Positions 1 through 8,839 of a stretch of 38,564 nucleotides of DNA are shown here, one piece after another; positions within the stretch are counted from its first letter, which is position 1, and the number at the start of each line of letters is the position of its first letter. Source of the stretch: a virus; UHGV virus genome UHGV-1336581; one strand, given 5' to 3'. The position numbers and the translations under genes were made by a program. Under the pieces are notes generated by a model, which made no database searches, was not told where the DNA came from, and saw only the letters and a list, made by a program, of their open reading frames with translations.

Positions 1-25
1 GCAAGCGCGCTGCATCGGGTGAAGA

Positions 26-385
26 GTGGTATCTGTCAGGGAATTACGTGGGGGCGTAATGACGACGTTAACTCAATGCCAGCAGCAGGTGCTGGGTATG
101 CTGATTTCTTATCAGAAAGAGCGTGGCTTTCCGCCAACCAATCAGGAGGTGGCAACCATGCTGGGATACCGTTCGGTGAATGCAGCGGTGGAGCATCTTC
201 GCGCACTGGAGAAAAAAGGCCTCATCACGATAAAGCGTGGCGTGGCACGGGGGATAACGCTTCATACCGCTGTGAAGGACGACGACAGCGAGGCGGTCGG
301 GATTATCCGCGCACTGCTTGCCGGTGAGGAAAACGCCAGGCTGCGTGCAGCCCACTGGTTACATGAGAGGGGCCTGAAAGTATGA
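26..385 (+). CDS. LexA-like DNA-binding domain protein (winged-HTH only, no peptidase domain)
   Basis: Translation TQCQQQVLGMLISYQKERGFPPTNQEVATMLGYRSVNAAVEHLRALEKKGLITIKRGVARGITL resembles the LexA N-terminal DNA-binding domain; only 119 aa, so no S24 peptidase domain. True start may be the internal Met (MTTLTQ, about 59). Confidence 0.5.
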   Translation: MVSVRELRGGVMTTLTQCQQQVLGMLISYQKERGFPPTNQEVATMLGYRSVNAAVEHLRALEKKGLITIKRGVARGITLHTAVKDDDSEAVGIIRALLAGEENARLRAAHWLHERGLKV

Positions 386-771
386 AGCTGATTCTGCCTT
401 TTCCGCCCAGCGTGAACACGTACTGGCGACACCCCAACAAAGGGGCGTTTGCTGGTAAGAGCCTGATAAGCGCGGCGGGGCGCAAATTCCAGAGCGCGGC
501 GTGTGCAGCAATAGTTGAGCAGTTACGTCGTCTGCCAAAACCAACGTCGGCACCTGCTTCAGTGGAGATCGTGTTGTTTCCACCGGATAACCGGATCCGC
601 GATCTGGACAACTATAACAAGGCGCTGTTTGACGCCCTGACCCACGCGGGTGTGTGGGAGGACGACAGTCAGGTGAAAAGAATGCTGGTGGAGTGGGGGC
701 CGGTTATCCCGGAAGGGAAGGTCGAGATCACTATCAGTAAGTACGAGAAAACGGCGGGTGCAGCCGCCTGA
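382..771 (+). CDS. rusA: RusA-family Holliday junction resolvase
   Basis: N-terminal LPFPPSVNTYWRH and the RDLDNYNKALFDALTHAGVWEDDSQV acidic motif are typical of RusA; start overlaps the upstream stop; lambdoid ninR context. Confidence 0.85.
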   Translation: MKLILPFPPSVNTYWRHPNKGAFAGKSLISAAGRKFQSAACAAIVEQLRRLPKPTSAPASVEIVLFPPDNRIRDLDNYNKALFDALTHAGVWEDDSQVKRMLVEWGPVIPEGKVEITISKYEKTAGAAA

Positions 772-790
772 TTAAGAGGAGAAACGAAGT

Positions 791-1588
791 ATGAATAATC
801 TGATGGTCATTGATGGTATTGAAGTTCGTCGTGATGCTTATGGGCGTTACAGCCTGAACGATCTGCACAGGGCTGCCGGTTCTCAGGATAAGCATAAGCC
901 TGCATTTTGGCTCCGCAATGAGCAAACCGAACGTTTAATAAGCGAGTTGCAGATTTGCAACTCGGTCAATATAGAGCCAGTTAACGTTAGTCGTGGCGGA
1001 AATAACCAGGGGACGTATGTCTGCAAAGAACTGGTGTATGCCTATGCAATGTGGATCAGCCCGTCATTCCATCTGAAGGTGATCCGTACTTTCGATATGG
1101 TAACCAGCGCACCGGAAAAATTATCCGGGCAGGCTGCTGACAAGATGCAGGCTGGTGTGATTCTGCTGGACTTTATGCGTCGGGAGTTAAACCTGTCTAA
1201 CTCATCTGTGCTTGGTGCCTGTCAGAAACTCCAGGAGGCTGTTGGCTTACCGAATCTGGCACCGCGCTATGCCATTGATGCTCCTGCTGACGCGCCTGAT
1301 GGCTCAAGTCGCCCCACGCTGTCGCTGAGTGCACTGCTGAAACAGTATGGTATCCGCCTTACGGCTAATCAGGCATATCACCAGATGGTGAAGCTGGGGA
1401 TCGTCGAGCAGCGCGAACGATACAGCCGTACCTCGATTAACAACATCAAAAAATTCTGGTCGCTGACAGCGAAAGGCTGCATGTTCGGCAAGAACATCAC
1501 CAGTCCCGCAAATCCGCGCGAGACGCAGCCGCATTTCTTCGAATCCCGATTCCCTGAGCTGTTAAAGCTGCTCGATACCGTTCATTGA
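791..1588 (+). CDS. KilA-N domain protein
   Basis: N-terminal region (IDGIEVRRDAYGRYSLNDLHRAAG...AFWLRNEQTERLI...GTYVCKELVYAYAMWISPSFHLKVI) matches the KilA-N DNA-binding fold; RBS AGGAG upstream. Confidence 0.6.
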   Translation: MNNLMVIDGIEVRRDAYGRYSLNDLHRAAGSQDKHKPAFWLRNEQTERLISELQICNSVNIEPVNVSRGGNNQGTYVCKELVYAYAMWISPSFHLKVIRTFDMVTSAPEKLSGQAADKMQAGVILLDFMRRELNLSNSSVLGACQKLQEAVGLPNLAPRYAIDAPADAPDGSSRPTLSLSALLKQYGIRLTANQAYHQMVKLGIVEQRERYSRTSINNIKKFWSLTAKGCMFGKNITSPANPRETQPHFFESRFPELLKLLDTVH

Positions 1589-1589
1589 G

Positions 1590-2585
1590 GTGACTGTGAG
1601 AGCACTACTGACCCCTGAAATTGCCCCGCGTATGGGGATCGTATTGTTCAGACCAGGTTCAGAGCTGATGCCCCTGTTTATGCAGGGGCGTGTCCTGCTG
1701 GAGCCTGAGCCGGAACGTTATTCATCTTTCGCCAGTGGTGCCGTTCCGGCGGCATCACAACCGCTGGCGGATGATCCTGCCGTTCGGGCCGTGTTCCGCA
1801 ATGAGGCAGTGATCCGTCGTGCTGGTGGCGTGGAATGTCTTGAAAGCTGGTTACTTCGTGAAAAAAGCTGTCAGTGGCCTCATTCCGACTGGCATAGCGA
1901 GAACATGACAACAATGCGACACGCGCCGGGCGCAATCCGTCTGTGCTGGCACTGTGATAATCAGCTGCGCGATCAGTTCACGGAACGGCTGGAATCAATG
2001 GCAACGGATAACTGTGCCCGCTGGGTGTTGTCTGTTGTGCGTCGGGATCTCGGTTTTGATGATAGTCACGTTGTGACAATGCCGGAACTGTGCTGGTGGC
2101 TGATTCGTAATGACCTGGCGGATGCCTTACCGGAAAGTGCAGCCCGTAAGGCACTGAGATTACCGAAGCCTGTTGTGCCGTCTGTTACCCGGGAAGGTGA
2201 CCTTGTGCCTTCGGTTCCTGCCACCAGCATCATCCAGGATAAAGCGAAAAAGGTGCTGGCGCTGAAAGTGGATCCGGAGTCGCCGGAGTCTTTTATGTTA
2301 CGCCCTAAACGTCGCCGCTGGGTTAACGAAAAGTACACGCGCTGGGTTAAGACGCAGCCGTGTGCATGTTGTGGAAAGCCTGCTGATGATCCCCACCACC
2401 TGATAGGTCACGGTCAGGGTGGAATGGGTACAAAAGCGCATGACCTCTTTGTGTTGCCTTTGTGCAGAAAGCATCACGACGAGCTGCATGCGGATACCGT
2501 GGCATTTGAAGAGAAGTATGGCTCCCAGCTGGAGCTGATATTTCGTTTTATCGATCGTGCGCTGGCAACTGGCGTGCTGGCCTGA
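1590..2585 (+). CDS. DUF968-family prophage protein (YdfU-like)
   Basis: C-terminal Cys/His-rich block [43 protein letters not shown] typical of DUF968 proteins found between rusA and Q in lambdoid prophages. Confidence 0.55.
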   Translation: MTVRALLTPEIAPRMGIVLFRPGSELMPLFMQGRVLLEPEPERYSSFASGAVPAASQPLADDPAVRAVFRNEAVIRRAGGVECLESWLLREKSCQWPHSDWHSENMTTMRHAPGAIRLCWHCDNQLRDQFTERLESMATDNCARWVLSVVRRDLGFDDSHVVTMPELCWWLIRNDLADALPESAARKALRLPKPVVPSVTREGDLVPSVPATSIIQDKAKKVLALKVDPESPESFMLRPKRRRWVNEKYTRWVKTQPCACCGKPADDPHHLIGHGQGGMGTKAHDLFVLPLCRKHHDELHADTVAFEEKYGSQLELIFRFIDRALATGVLA

Positions 2586-2587
2586 TT

Positions 2588-2974
2588 TTGTGGAGAAAGT
2601 TGATGCGTGATATTCAAATGGTTCTTGAACGTTGGGGTGCATGGGTGGCAAATAATCACGAGGATGTCACTTGGTCGTCTATTGCTGCAGGATTTAAAGG
2701 ACTAATCCCTTCAAAAGTAAAATCCCGCCCGCAATGTTGTGACGATGACGCGATGATCATTTGTGGGTGTATGGCTCGCCTGAAAAAGAACAACAGCGAT
2801 TTGCACGATTTATTAGTGGATTACTATGTAGGAGGTATGACATTTATGGCGCTTGCCCGTAAACATGGGCGTTCTGATTGCTGGGTTGGGCGTTTATTGC
2901 AAAAAGCGGAAGGAGTAGTTGATGGTATGTTGATAATGCTAGATATTGAATTGGAAATGGAACGTAAAATTTAG
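2588..2974 (+). CDS. Late-gene antitermination protein Q (phage 21/82 type)
   Basis: Size, position (after rusA, before lysis genes) and sequence ([14 protein letters not shown]...[34 protein letters not shown]) consistent with QuuD-like Q, recalled from memory; real start probably the internal Met near 2603. Confidence 0.65.
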   Translation: MWRKLMRDIQMVLERWGAWVANNHEDVTWSSIAAGFKGLIPSKVKSRPQCCDDDAMIICGCMARLKKNNSDLHDLLVDYYVGGMTFMALARKHGRSDCWVGRLLQKAEGVVDGMLIMLDIELEMERKI

Positions 2975-3203
2975 TTATGTTATGAATAAATAAATGCTAA
3001 TGATTTTTGTAAGATAGCTCATTTTATGTCCATAGGTGATGTATGCATTAATATGATTAATTTGTCTCCTTATAAAAATAAGATTATGTAAATAATAACA
3101 AAGGGTGACATTATTAAGTGTTGCTTTTTCTTAGTAAGTTGTTATCCTACTTAAGGTTGAATGATATTGTATCGAATAAAGTTGCTTATATAGAATTATT
3201 TTT

Positions 3204-3731
3204 ATGTTATGGCTTATTGAGTTAGTTAATAGGATGATTGAATCAATGCTTTCAAATGTAATTTTAAGTGGAGCTATGTCCACGTTATTGGCTGCATTTC
3301 TAATTTTTGTGTTTAAGGAGTATATAAAAAGGCCACCTAATTTTTCAGGGGTGTTTGAGATCGAGTGTAAAACGCTAAAATCATCATATAATTCATATGT
3401 AAACCTAACTACATTCTATACATTAGTGTTGATTTGTGATAATAACACTATAGAAGGACATATTGAAAAAATAAAAGATATCGAAAATGATGGGAATGAA
3501 AGAAAATATATTGGCGTGCATCGCAATATTGGCGATGTCAATGGTGTAATTAAAAGAAATTACTTAAGACCTAACCATGCTTCGTTGAATATAAAAATGC
3601 ATGGTGATAAGAGGGATTATACTATTATGCTATATTTTAAGAAGGTGAATACGAAAAATATGAAAGGAACTTTTTTATCTACTGCTGCAGATTCTTCTGG
3701 AGATGTTAAGTGGCAGCGAAAAAATTTTTAA
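3204..3731 (+). CDS. Hypothetical membrane-anchored protein (AT-rich moron, gene 1)
   Basis: Uninterrupted 175-codon ORF in a strongly AT-rich block; predicted N-terminal transmembrane helix (LSNVILSGAMSTLLAAFLIFVF); no recognisable family. Confidence 0.5.
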   Translation: MLWLIELVNRMIESMLSNVILSGAMSTLLAAFLIFVFKEYIKRPPNFSGVFEIECKTLKSSYNSYVNLTTFYTLVLICDNNTIEGHIEKIKDIENDGNERKYIGVHRNIGDVNGVIKRNYLRPNHASLNIKMHGDKRDYTIMLYFKKVNTKNMKGTFLSTAADSSGDVKWQRKNF

Positions 3732-4354
3732 TTTATTTACTGTCGTTGCCATATTTAATAATGGCTTCGATTATCATAAAGCTTAAAGTTAAAAGTATAA
3801 TTGATGATTATGAGAAATGTACTACTTATATTTACTGTAACTCGAAGAAATATAATAACATTTCTCCTGTTATGATTGATATATTAAGGTTAGCAGAGGA
3901 TCATCGACAATTATTGCATAGAGGGATTGACCCCATTGCAATCATTAGAACTTTTTATCTGAGGATATTTAAAAATATACACCAAGGAGCGAGCACTATA
4001 GAACAGCAGTTTGTGAGAACTATAACTAAAAGATACGAAAAAACAATACGTAGAAAGATAAGAGAGCAGATATTGGCTATATTGATTAGAAATGTATCAA
4101 CTCCAGATGATATATGTAAGTGTTATCTTTCTTGTTGTTACTATGGCTATGGAACTTATGGGATAGATAATCTTTTAAAAAAGAAACAAAATATCAGTGA
4201 TTTTGATATTGTTGCAATGATTAAATATCCATTCAGGGGAGAAGTTGTTTCAGTTACAGAGGAACGATTTAAACATAGGTCGCTCTATCTTTCCACTTTA
4301 TATAAATTAAATGCACAAAGGGATATGATTTTTTTGCGAAAATATAGTGGGTGA
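3710..4354 (+). CDS. Peptidoglycan glycosyltransferase (GT51 / MtgA-like transglycosylase domain) protein (moron gene 2)
   Basis: Four GT51 motifs in canonical order: AEDHRQLLHRGIDP (EDxxFxxHxG), GASTIEQQFVR (GxSTxTQQ), RRKIREQILAILI (RKxxE) and DDICKCYLSCCYYGYG (ILELYLNxVYxG-like); N-terminal hydrophobic anchor as in MtgA. Overlaps gene 1 by about 20 nt. Confidence 0.6.
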   Translation: MAAKKFLIYLLSLPYLIMASIIIKLKVKSIIDDYEKCTTYIYCNSKKYNNISPVMIDILRLAEDHRQLLHRGIDPIAIIRTFYLRIFKNIHQGASTIEQQFVRTITKRYEKTIRRKIREQILAILIRNVSTPDDICKCYLSCCYYGYGTYGIDNLLKKKQNISDFDIVAMIKYPFRGEVVSVTEERFKHRSLYLSTLYKLNAQRDMIFLRKYSG

Positions 4355-4552
4355 TTATGTTAAGTGTATTTTATTATGTGTCAAAAAGTTTAGTCATCTC
4401 TGCTTAATGTATAATCGTGAATGTTTTTATTCAGATTTTATGCATGTCAAGTTGATGAGTGCCGTCGACATAAGATATGGGGATAATGAATAGTTTACAA
4501 TCGTAAATAATAGAATATCCTGTTAAAAGTGGTTACTTCTCCACGCAGCTTA

Positions 4553-4580
4553 AACCCGCCGTCGAGCGGGTTTTGTCGTT
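4553..4580 (+). terminator. Rho-independent terminator-like hairpin (possible tR' or moron terminator)
   Basis: Perfect 7-bp stem AACCCGC/GCGGGTT with 6-nt loop followed by TTGTCGTTT; located between the moron and the holin gene. Confidence 0.4.
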
Positions 4581-4725
4581 TCTGGGTCTGGGGATTCCTT
4601 GGTCCTAGCCTATCCCGCAGTTATCCATTAACTCGGCTTCTTTGACGTTTCCGCTTCTGATTTGCGGTACATGATGTTTCCTCAATTTGCACCTGCTGTA
4701 TCAGCGAGGTGAGAGATAACTACAA

Positions 4726-5052
4726 ATGCCTCATAACCCAAATACCTGGCTGGAGTTGGTCCAGAGCTGGTGGCGTGGAGACACACCGCTGGGCGCAGTG
4801 ATTATGTCGATCGTTATGGCTGGTTTACGTATTGCCTATTTTGGCGGCGGTGGCGGCTGGAAACGAAAAACACTCGAAATTTTGCTCTGTGGCGCTCTGA
4901 CGCTGACATTTGCATCCGCTCTTGAGTATGTCGGATGGCCTAAATCACTTTCTGTTGCCATTGGTGGTGGTGTTGGGCTGATCGGTGTCGATGCTATTCG
5001 TGGGGCAGCAATGCGAGTAATCGGTAACAAATTTGGTAGCTCGAAGGAGTAA
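4726..5052 (+). CDS. Holin (lysis module)
   Basis: Small protein with several hydrophobic helices and a charged C-terminus, immediately upstream of the endolysin with a 3-nt gap; start may be further in. Confidence 0.55.
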   Translation: MPHNPNTWLELVQSWWRGDTPLGAVIMSIVMAGLRIAYFGGGGGWKRKTLEILLCGALTLTFASALEYVGWPKSLSVAIGGGVGLIGVDAIRGAAMRVIGNKFGSSKE

Positions 5053-5055
5053 TTT

Positions 5056-5532
5056 ATGCAGGCACTAAATTCCCAGCGTAAAGCTTTCCTTGATATGGTG
5101 GCATGGTCAGAAGGAACGGATAACGGGCGACAACCGACACGTAACCACGGTTATGACGTTATTGTTGGTGGTGAACTGTTTACTGATTACTCCGATCACC
5201 CTCGTAAACTTGTCACGCTAAACCCAAAACTCAAATCAACAGCAGCCGGGCGCTACCAGCTTCTTTCCCGTTGGTGGGATTCCTATCGTAAGCAGCTTGG
5301 CCTGAAAGACTTCTCTCCGAAAAGCCAGGACGCTGTGGCATTGCAGCAGATTAAAGAGCGTGGCGCTTTACCGATGATTGATCGCGGTGATATTCGTCAG
5401 GCAATTGACCGTTGCAGCAATATCTGGGCTTCACTGCCGGGCGCTGGTTATGGTCAGTTCGAGCATAAGGCTGACAGCCTGATTGCAAAATTCAAAGAAG
5501 CAGGCGGAACGGTCAGAGAGATTGAGGTATGA
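5056..5532 (+). CDS. R: Endolysin, lambda R-type lytic transglycosylase
   Basis: Near-identity over the whole length to lambda R as I recall it (NSQRKAFLDMVAWSEGTDNGRQPTRNHGYDVIVGGELFTDYSDHPRKLVTLNPKLKS...). Confidence 0.9.
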   Translation: MQALNSQRKAFLDMVAWSEGTDNGRQPTRNHGYDVIVGGELFTDYSDHPRKLVTLNPKLKSTAAGRYQLLSRWWDSYRKQLGLKDFSPKSQDAVALQQIKERGALPMIDRGDIRQAIDRCSNIWASLPGAGYGQFEHKADSLIAKFKEAGGTVREIEV

Positions 5533-6790
5533 GCAGAGTAACCGCGATTATTTCCGCTCTGGTTACCCGAACCGCGACAAACCCTATACCGAAGACCTGG
5601 GGAAAATCACTTTCCGCCCGTCCATCACAGCTTATGTGGTGGGAGATGACTGCTTTGACCAGCGCGATCGCCTGATTGACGCGCTGAATAAACCCGGTCC
5701 CGGCACGCTTGTCCATCCGACTTACGGTGAGCTGAAAGTCTGTGTTGACGGGGAAGTTCGGGTCAGCACATCGAAGAGTGAAGGGCGTATTGTCCGCTTT
5801 GACCTGAAGTTTGTCGAAGCGGGAGAACTCTCTTACCCCACTTCAGGTGCGGCGACGGCGCAGACGCTGATGTCATCCTGTTCTGCACTGGATGACTGCA
5901 TCAGTGACAGCTTCAGTGGTTTCAGTATCGATGGCGTGGCAGATTTTGTGCAGAACGACGTCGTCGGTAATGCCAGCACAATGCTTGGGTATGTTTCTGA
6001 TGCGATGAAAGTGGTGGATTCTGCCGTATCGGATGCCGCCAGACTGTTGCAGGGGGATATCTCGGTACTTCTGCCGCCGCCATCGTCAGGCAAAAATTTC
6101 GTTGAGCAGGTGCAGAAAATGTGGCGTACCGGGAAACGCCTTTATGGTAACGCCAGCGACCTGGTCACCATGATCAAAACGCTTTCCGGTGTCAGCCTCG
6201 GCAGCGATCTGCAACCGCGCGGCGTCTGGAAAACGGACAGTAAAACCACCGCCACGGCGACGCAGCAGCGTAACGTGGTTGCCAGCACCCTTCGTACGAC
6301 CGCAATCAGCGAAGCGGCGTATGCCGTCACCCGATTGCCTGCGCCAACAACTTCCGCGGTGATGCAGAATGCCGCAGTGGGGCAGGCAACAACACCCGCG
6401 CAGAGCACTGGCTGGCCTTCCGTCACGCATCCGGCACTGAACAATGCACCGGCGGTGAAAAGCACGGTTGACCTGCCGACGTGGGAAGAACTGACTGACA
6501 TTCGCGACACACTGAATACGGCAATTGATAAGGAGTTGTCCCGAACAACCAGTGATGCGCTGTTTCTGGCGCTGCGCCGGGTGAAAGCAGATCTGAATGC
6601 GGATATCAACACGCGCCTTGAACAGTCTGCACGGATCATTCAGCGCACGCCGGATGAGGTTTTACCCGCGCTGGTGCTGGCGGCGACCTGGTTTGATAAC
6701 GCGGCGCGTGACGCGGACATTATCCGGCGTAATGCCATTACGCATCCCGGCTTTGTGCCGGTGATCCCTCTGAAGGTGCCAGTGCAATGA
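5483..6790 (+). CDS. Mu gpN-like tail DNA circulation protein, 5'-truncated at a deletion junction
   Basis: Tail-protein-like sequence begins about 5564 (YPNRDKPYTEDLGKITF...GPGTLVHPTYGEL) in a different frame from the Rz remnant; the ORF's first ~25 codons overlap R and Rz and are unlikely to be native. Followed by the tightly coupled baseplate genes. Confidence 0.5.
   Translation: MQNSKKQAERSERLRYEQSNRDYFRSGYPNRDKPYTEDLGKITFRPSITAYVVGDDCFDQRDRLIDALNKPGPGTLVHPTYGELKVCVDGEVRVSTSKSEGRIVRFDLKFVEAGELSYPTSGAATAQTLMSSCSALDDCISDSFSGFSIDGVADFVQNDVVGNASTMLGYVSDAMKVVDSAVSDAARLLQGDISVLLPPPSSGKNFVEQVQKMWRTGKRLYGNASDLVTMIKTLSGVSLGSDLQPRGVWKTDSKTTATATQQRNVVASTLRTTAISEAAYAVTRLPAPTTSAVMQNAAVGQATTPAQSTGWPSVTHPALNNAPAVKSTVDLPTWEELTDIRDTLNTAIDKELSRTTSDALFLALRRVKADLNADINTRLEQSARIIQRTPDEVLPALVLAATWFDNAARDADIIRRNAITHPGFVPVIPLKVPVQ
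5529..5566 (+). pseudogene. Rz spanin 5' remnant (first ~12 codons only)
   Basis: ATGAGCAGAGTAACCGCGATTATTTCCGCTCTGGTTA encodes MSRVTAIISALV, the start of lambda Rz (ATGA overlap with R stop); similarity ends abruptly near 5566. From memory of lambda Rz, not aligned. Confidence 0.5.
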
Positions 6791-7866
6791 ACGATAACGT
6801 CACGCTACGGGTAAATGGCCGGGAGTGGAATGGCTGGACATCGGTGCGCATCGGTGCCGGTGTTGAACGGCTGGCGCGGGATTTCAGTGTGGAGATCACC
6901 CGCCAGTGGCCGGGAGATGAGGGTATTACCACGCTTCAGTCGCGCATTAAAAACGGTTCAAAAGTGGAGGTGCTGATTGGTGATGAGCTGGTGATCACCG
7001 GCTGGGTGGAGGCGACGCCCGTTCGTTACGATGCCCGTTCGGTCAGCACCGGTATTGCCGGACGTAGTCTGACCGCTGACCTGATTGACTGTGCAGCCGA
7101 ACCGACACAGTTTAACGGACGATCGCTGGTACAGATTGCGCAGGCGCTTGCTGCGCCTTTCGGCATTGAGGTGGTGAACAGCGGTGCGCCGTCGGGTGTT
7201 ATTCCTGATGTCCAGTCTGATCACGGTGAAACGGTGATTGAGGTGATCAACAAAATACTCGGTCAGCAGCAGGCGCTGGCTTACGACGACCCGCACGGCA
7301 GGCTGGTGATTGGTGGTATTGGCTCAACGCGGGCACATACCGCGCTGGTACTTGGGGAAAACATCCTTTCCTGCGATACGGAGAAGAGTATCCGGGAGCG
7401 GTTTTCTGTTTACCAGGTGGCGGGGCAGCGTGCCGGAAACGACGATGATTTCGGTGAGGCCACCACCACCGCGCTGCGGGCCCGCACAGAGGACGCATTT
7501 ATTGCCCGTTACCGTCCGATGTATATCAGGCAGACAGGGCAGGCCACGGGGGCTGGCTGTATTGCGCGTGCTGACTTTGAAGCCCGGCAACGGGCGGCGC
7601 GGACGGATGAAACCACCTATGTGATGCAGGGCTGGCGACAGGGTAACGGTACGCTGTGGCAGCCCAACCAGCGGGTGATTGTCTTCGATCCGGTCTGTGG
7701 TTTCGACAATACCGAACTGCTTGTTTCGGAAGTCACGTTTACTCAGGACCAGAACGGCACCCTGACGGAAATCCGTGTCGGCCCACCTGATGCTTATCTG
7801 CCTGAACCCGAAGCCCCCGGCGCGCGGAAAAAGAAAAAAGCCAGAGTACAGGAGGACCCGTTCTGA
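6787..7866 (+). CDS. Baseplate/tail protein (Mu gp44 P-like)
   Basis: Position and size in a Mu/e14-type baseplate cluster; ATGA start/stop overlap with the upstream gene. Confidence 0.65.
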   Translation: MNDNVTLRVNGREWNGWTSVRIGAGVERLARDFSVEITRQWPGDEGITTLQSRIKNGSKVEVLIGDELVITGWVEATPVRYDARSVSTGIAGRSLTADLIDCAAEPTQFNGRSLVQIAQALAAPFGIEVVNSGAPSGVIPDVQSDHGETVIEVINKILGQQQALAYDDPHGRLVIGGIGSTRAHTALVLGENILSCDTEKSIRERFSVYQVAGQRAGNDDDFGEATTTALRARTEDAFIARYRPMYIRQTGQATGAGCIARADFEARQRAARTDETTYVMQGWRQGNGTLWQPNQRVIVFDPVCGFDNTELLVSEVTFTQDQNGTLTEIRVGPPDAYLPEPEAPGARKKKKARVQEDPF

Positions 7867-8414
7867 TGAGGACGATTGAAGCCATGCAGCGACAACTCCT
7901 CGGCCTGATTGGGCGGGCCGTGGTGAAAAGCATCAGTGCCGCCACGAAATGTCAGACCGTGGATGTGTCTCTGATTGCCGGTGAACCCAAAGCTGGGGTT
8001 GAACATCTTGAACCCTACGGTTTTACCGCAAGGGCAAACAGCGGTGCGGAAGCGGTGGTGTTGTTTCCGGATGGCGACCGTTCTCATGCGGTGGTTGTTA
8101 CGGTGTCGGACCGACGCTACCGCCTAAAAGGGCTGCAGACGGGTGAGGTGGCTGTCTATGACGATCAGGGGCAGTCTGTGACGCTGACCCGGGAGGGGAT
8201 CGTGGTGGACGGTGCAGGTAAAACGATCACGTTTCGCAATGCGCCCAGAGCACGTTTTGAAATGGACCTGGAAGTGACCGGACAGGTGAAAGACCTGTGC
8301 GACTCCGGCGGCACCACCATGTCAGCGATGCGGCTTGCCTATAACGGGCATCGTCACAGAGAGAACGGTCAGGGCAGTAACACCGACAAACCTGATAAAG
8401 CGATGGAGGCATGA
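7866..8414 (+). CDS. Baseplate assembly protein V-like spike (Mu gp45-like)
   Basis: 182-aa protein in the gpV position of the cluster; overlapping stop/start with neighbours. Confidence 0.65.
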   Translation: MRTIEAMQRQLLGLIGRAVVKSISAATKCQTVDVSLIAGEPKAGVEHLEPYGFTARANSGAEAVVLFPDGDRSHAVVVTVSDRRYRLKGLQTGEVAVYDDQGQSVTLTREGIVVDGAGKTITFRNAPRARFEMDLEVTGQVKDLCDSGGTTMSAMRLAYNGHRHRENGQGSNTDKPDKAMEA

Positions 8415-8839
8415 TGGAACTGTGGCTGACGGTGAACGGTAAACGCACCTGCGCCAGCGCACCGCTGGATCCGCTGACCCGCGCCGTGGTGATTTCCCTG
8501 TTTACCTGGCGGCGGGCGGAGCCTGATGACAACGCCGACGTCCCGATGGGATGGTGGGGGGATACCTGGCCTGCGGTACAGAATGACCGTTACGGCTCCC
8601 GGCTGTGGCTGCTTCAGCGCAGCAAACTGACCAATCAACTGGTGCAGACGGTAAAGGGGTATATCCGCGAATGCCTGCAATGGATGATTGATGACGGCGT
8701 GGTGTCCCGTATTGATCTGGATATCCGCCGCACCGGGATTAATGAACTGGGTAACAGTATCACTCTCTGGCGTCGTGACGGACCGGTAATGATTTCTTTT
8801 GATGATCTGTGGAGTGCGATAACGCATGGCGGACAGTGA
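8411..8839 (+). CDS. GP46-family baseplate protein (gpW-like)
   Basis: 142-aa protein between the V-like and J-like genes, translationally coupled to both. Confidence 0.6.
   Translation: MMELWLTVNGKRTCASAPLDPLTRAVVISLFTWRRAEPDDNADVPMGWWGDTWPAVQNDRYGSRLWLLQRSKLTNQLVQTVKGYIRECLQWMIDDGVVSRIDLDIRRTGINELGNSITLWRRDGPVMISFDDLWSAITHGGQ

Noticed and set aside
19-611. Overlapping ORFs 19..327 (+), 68..355 (-), 303..611 (-), 359..583 (-)
   Set aside because: They overlap the better-supported LexA-like and rusA frames and have Arg/Gly-rich or odd composition typical of off-frame translation of GC-rich coding DNA.
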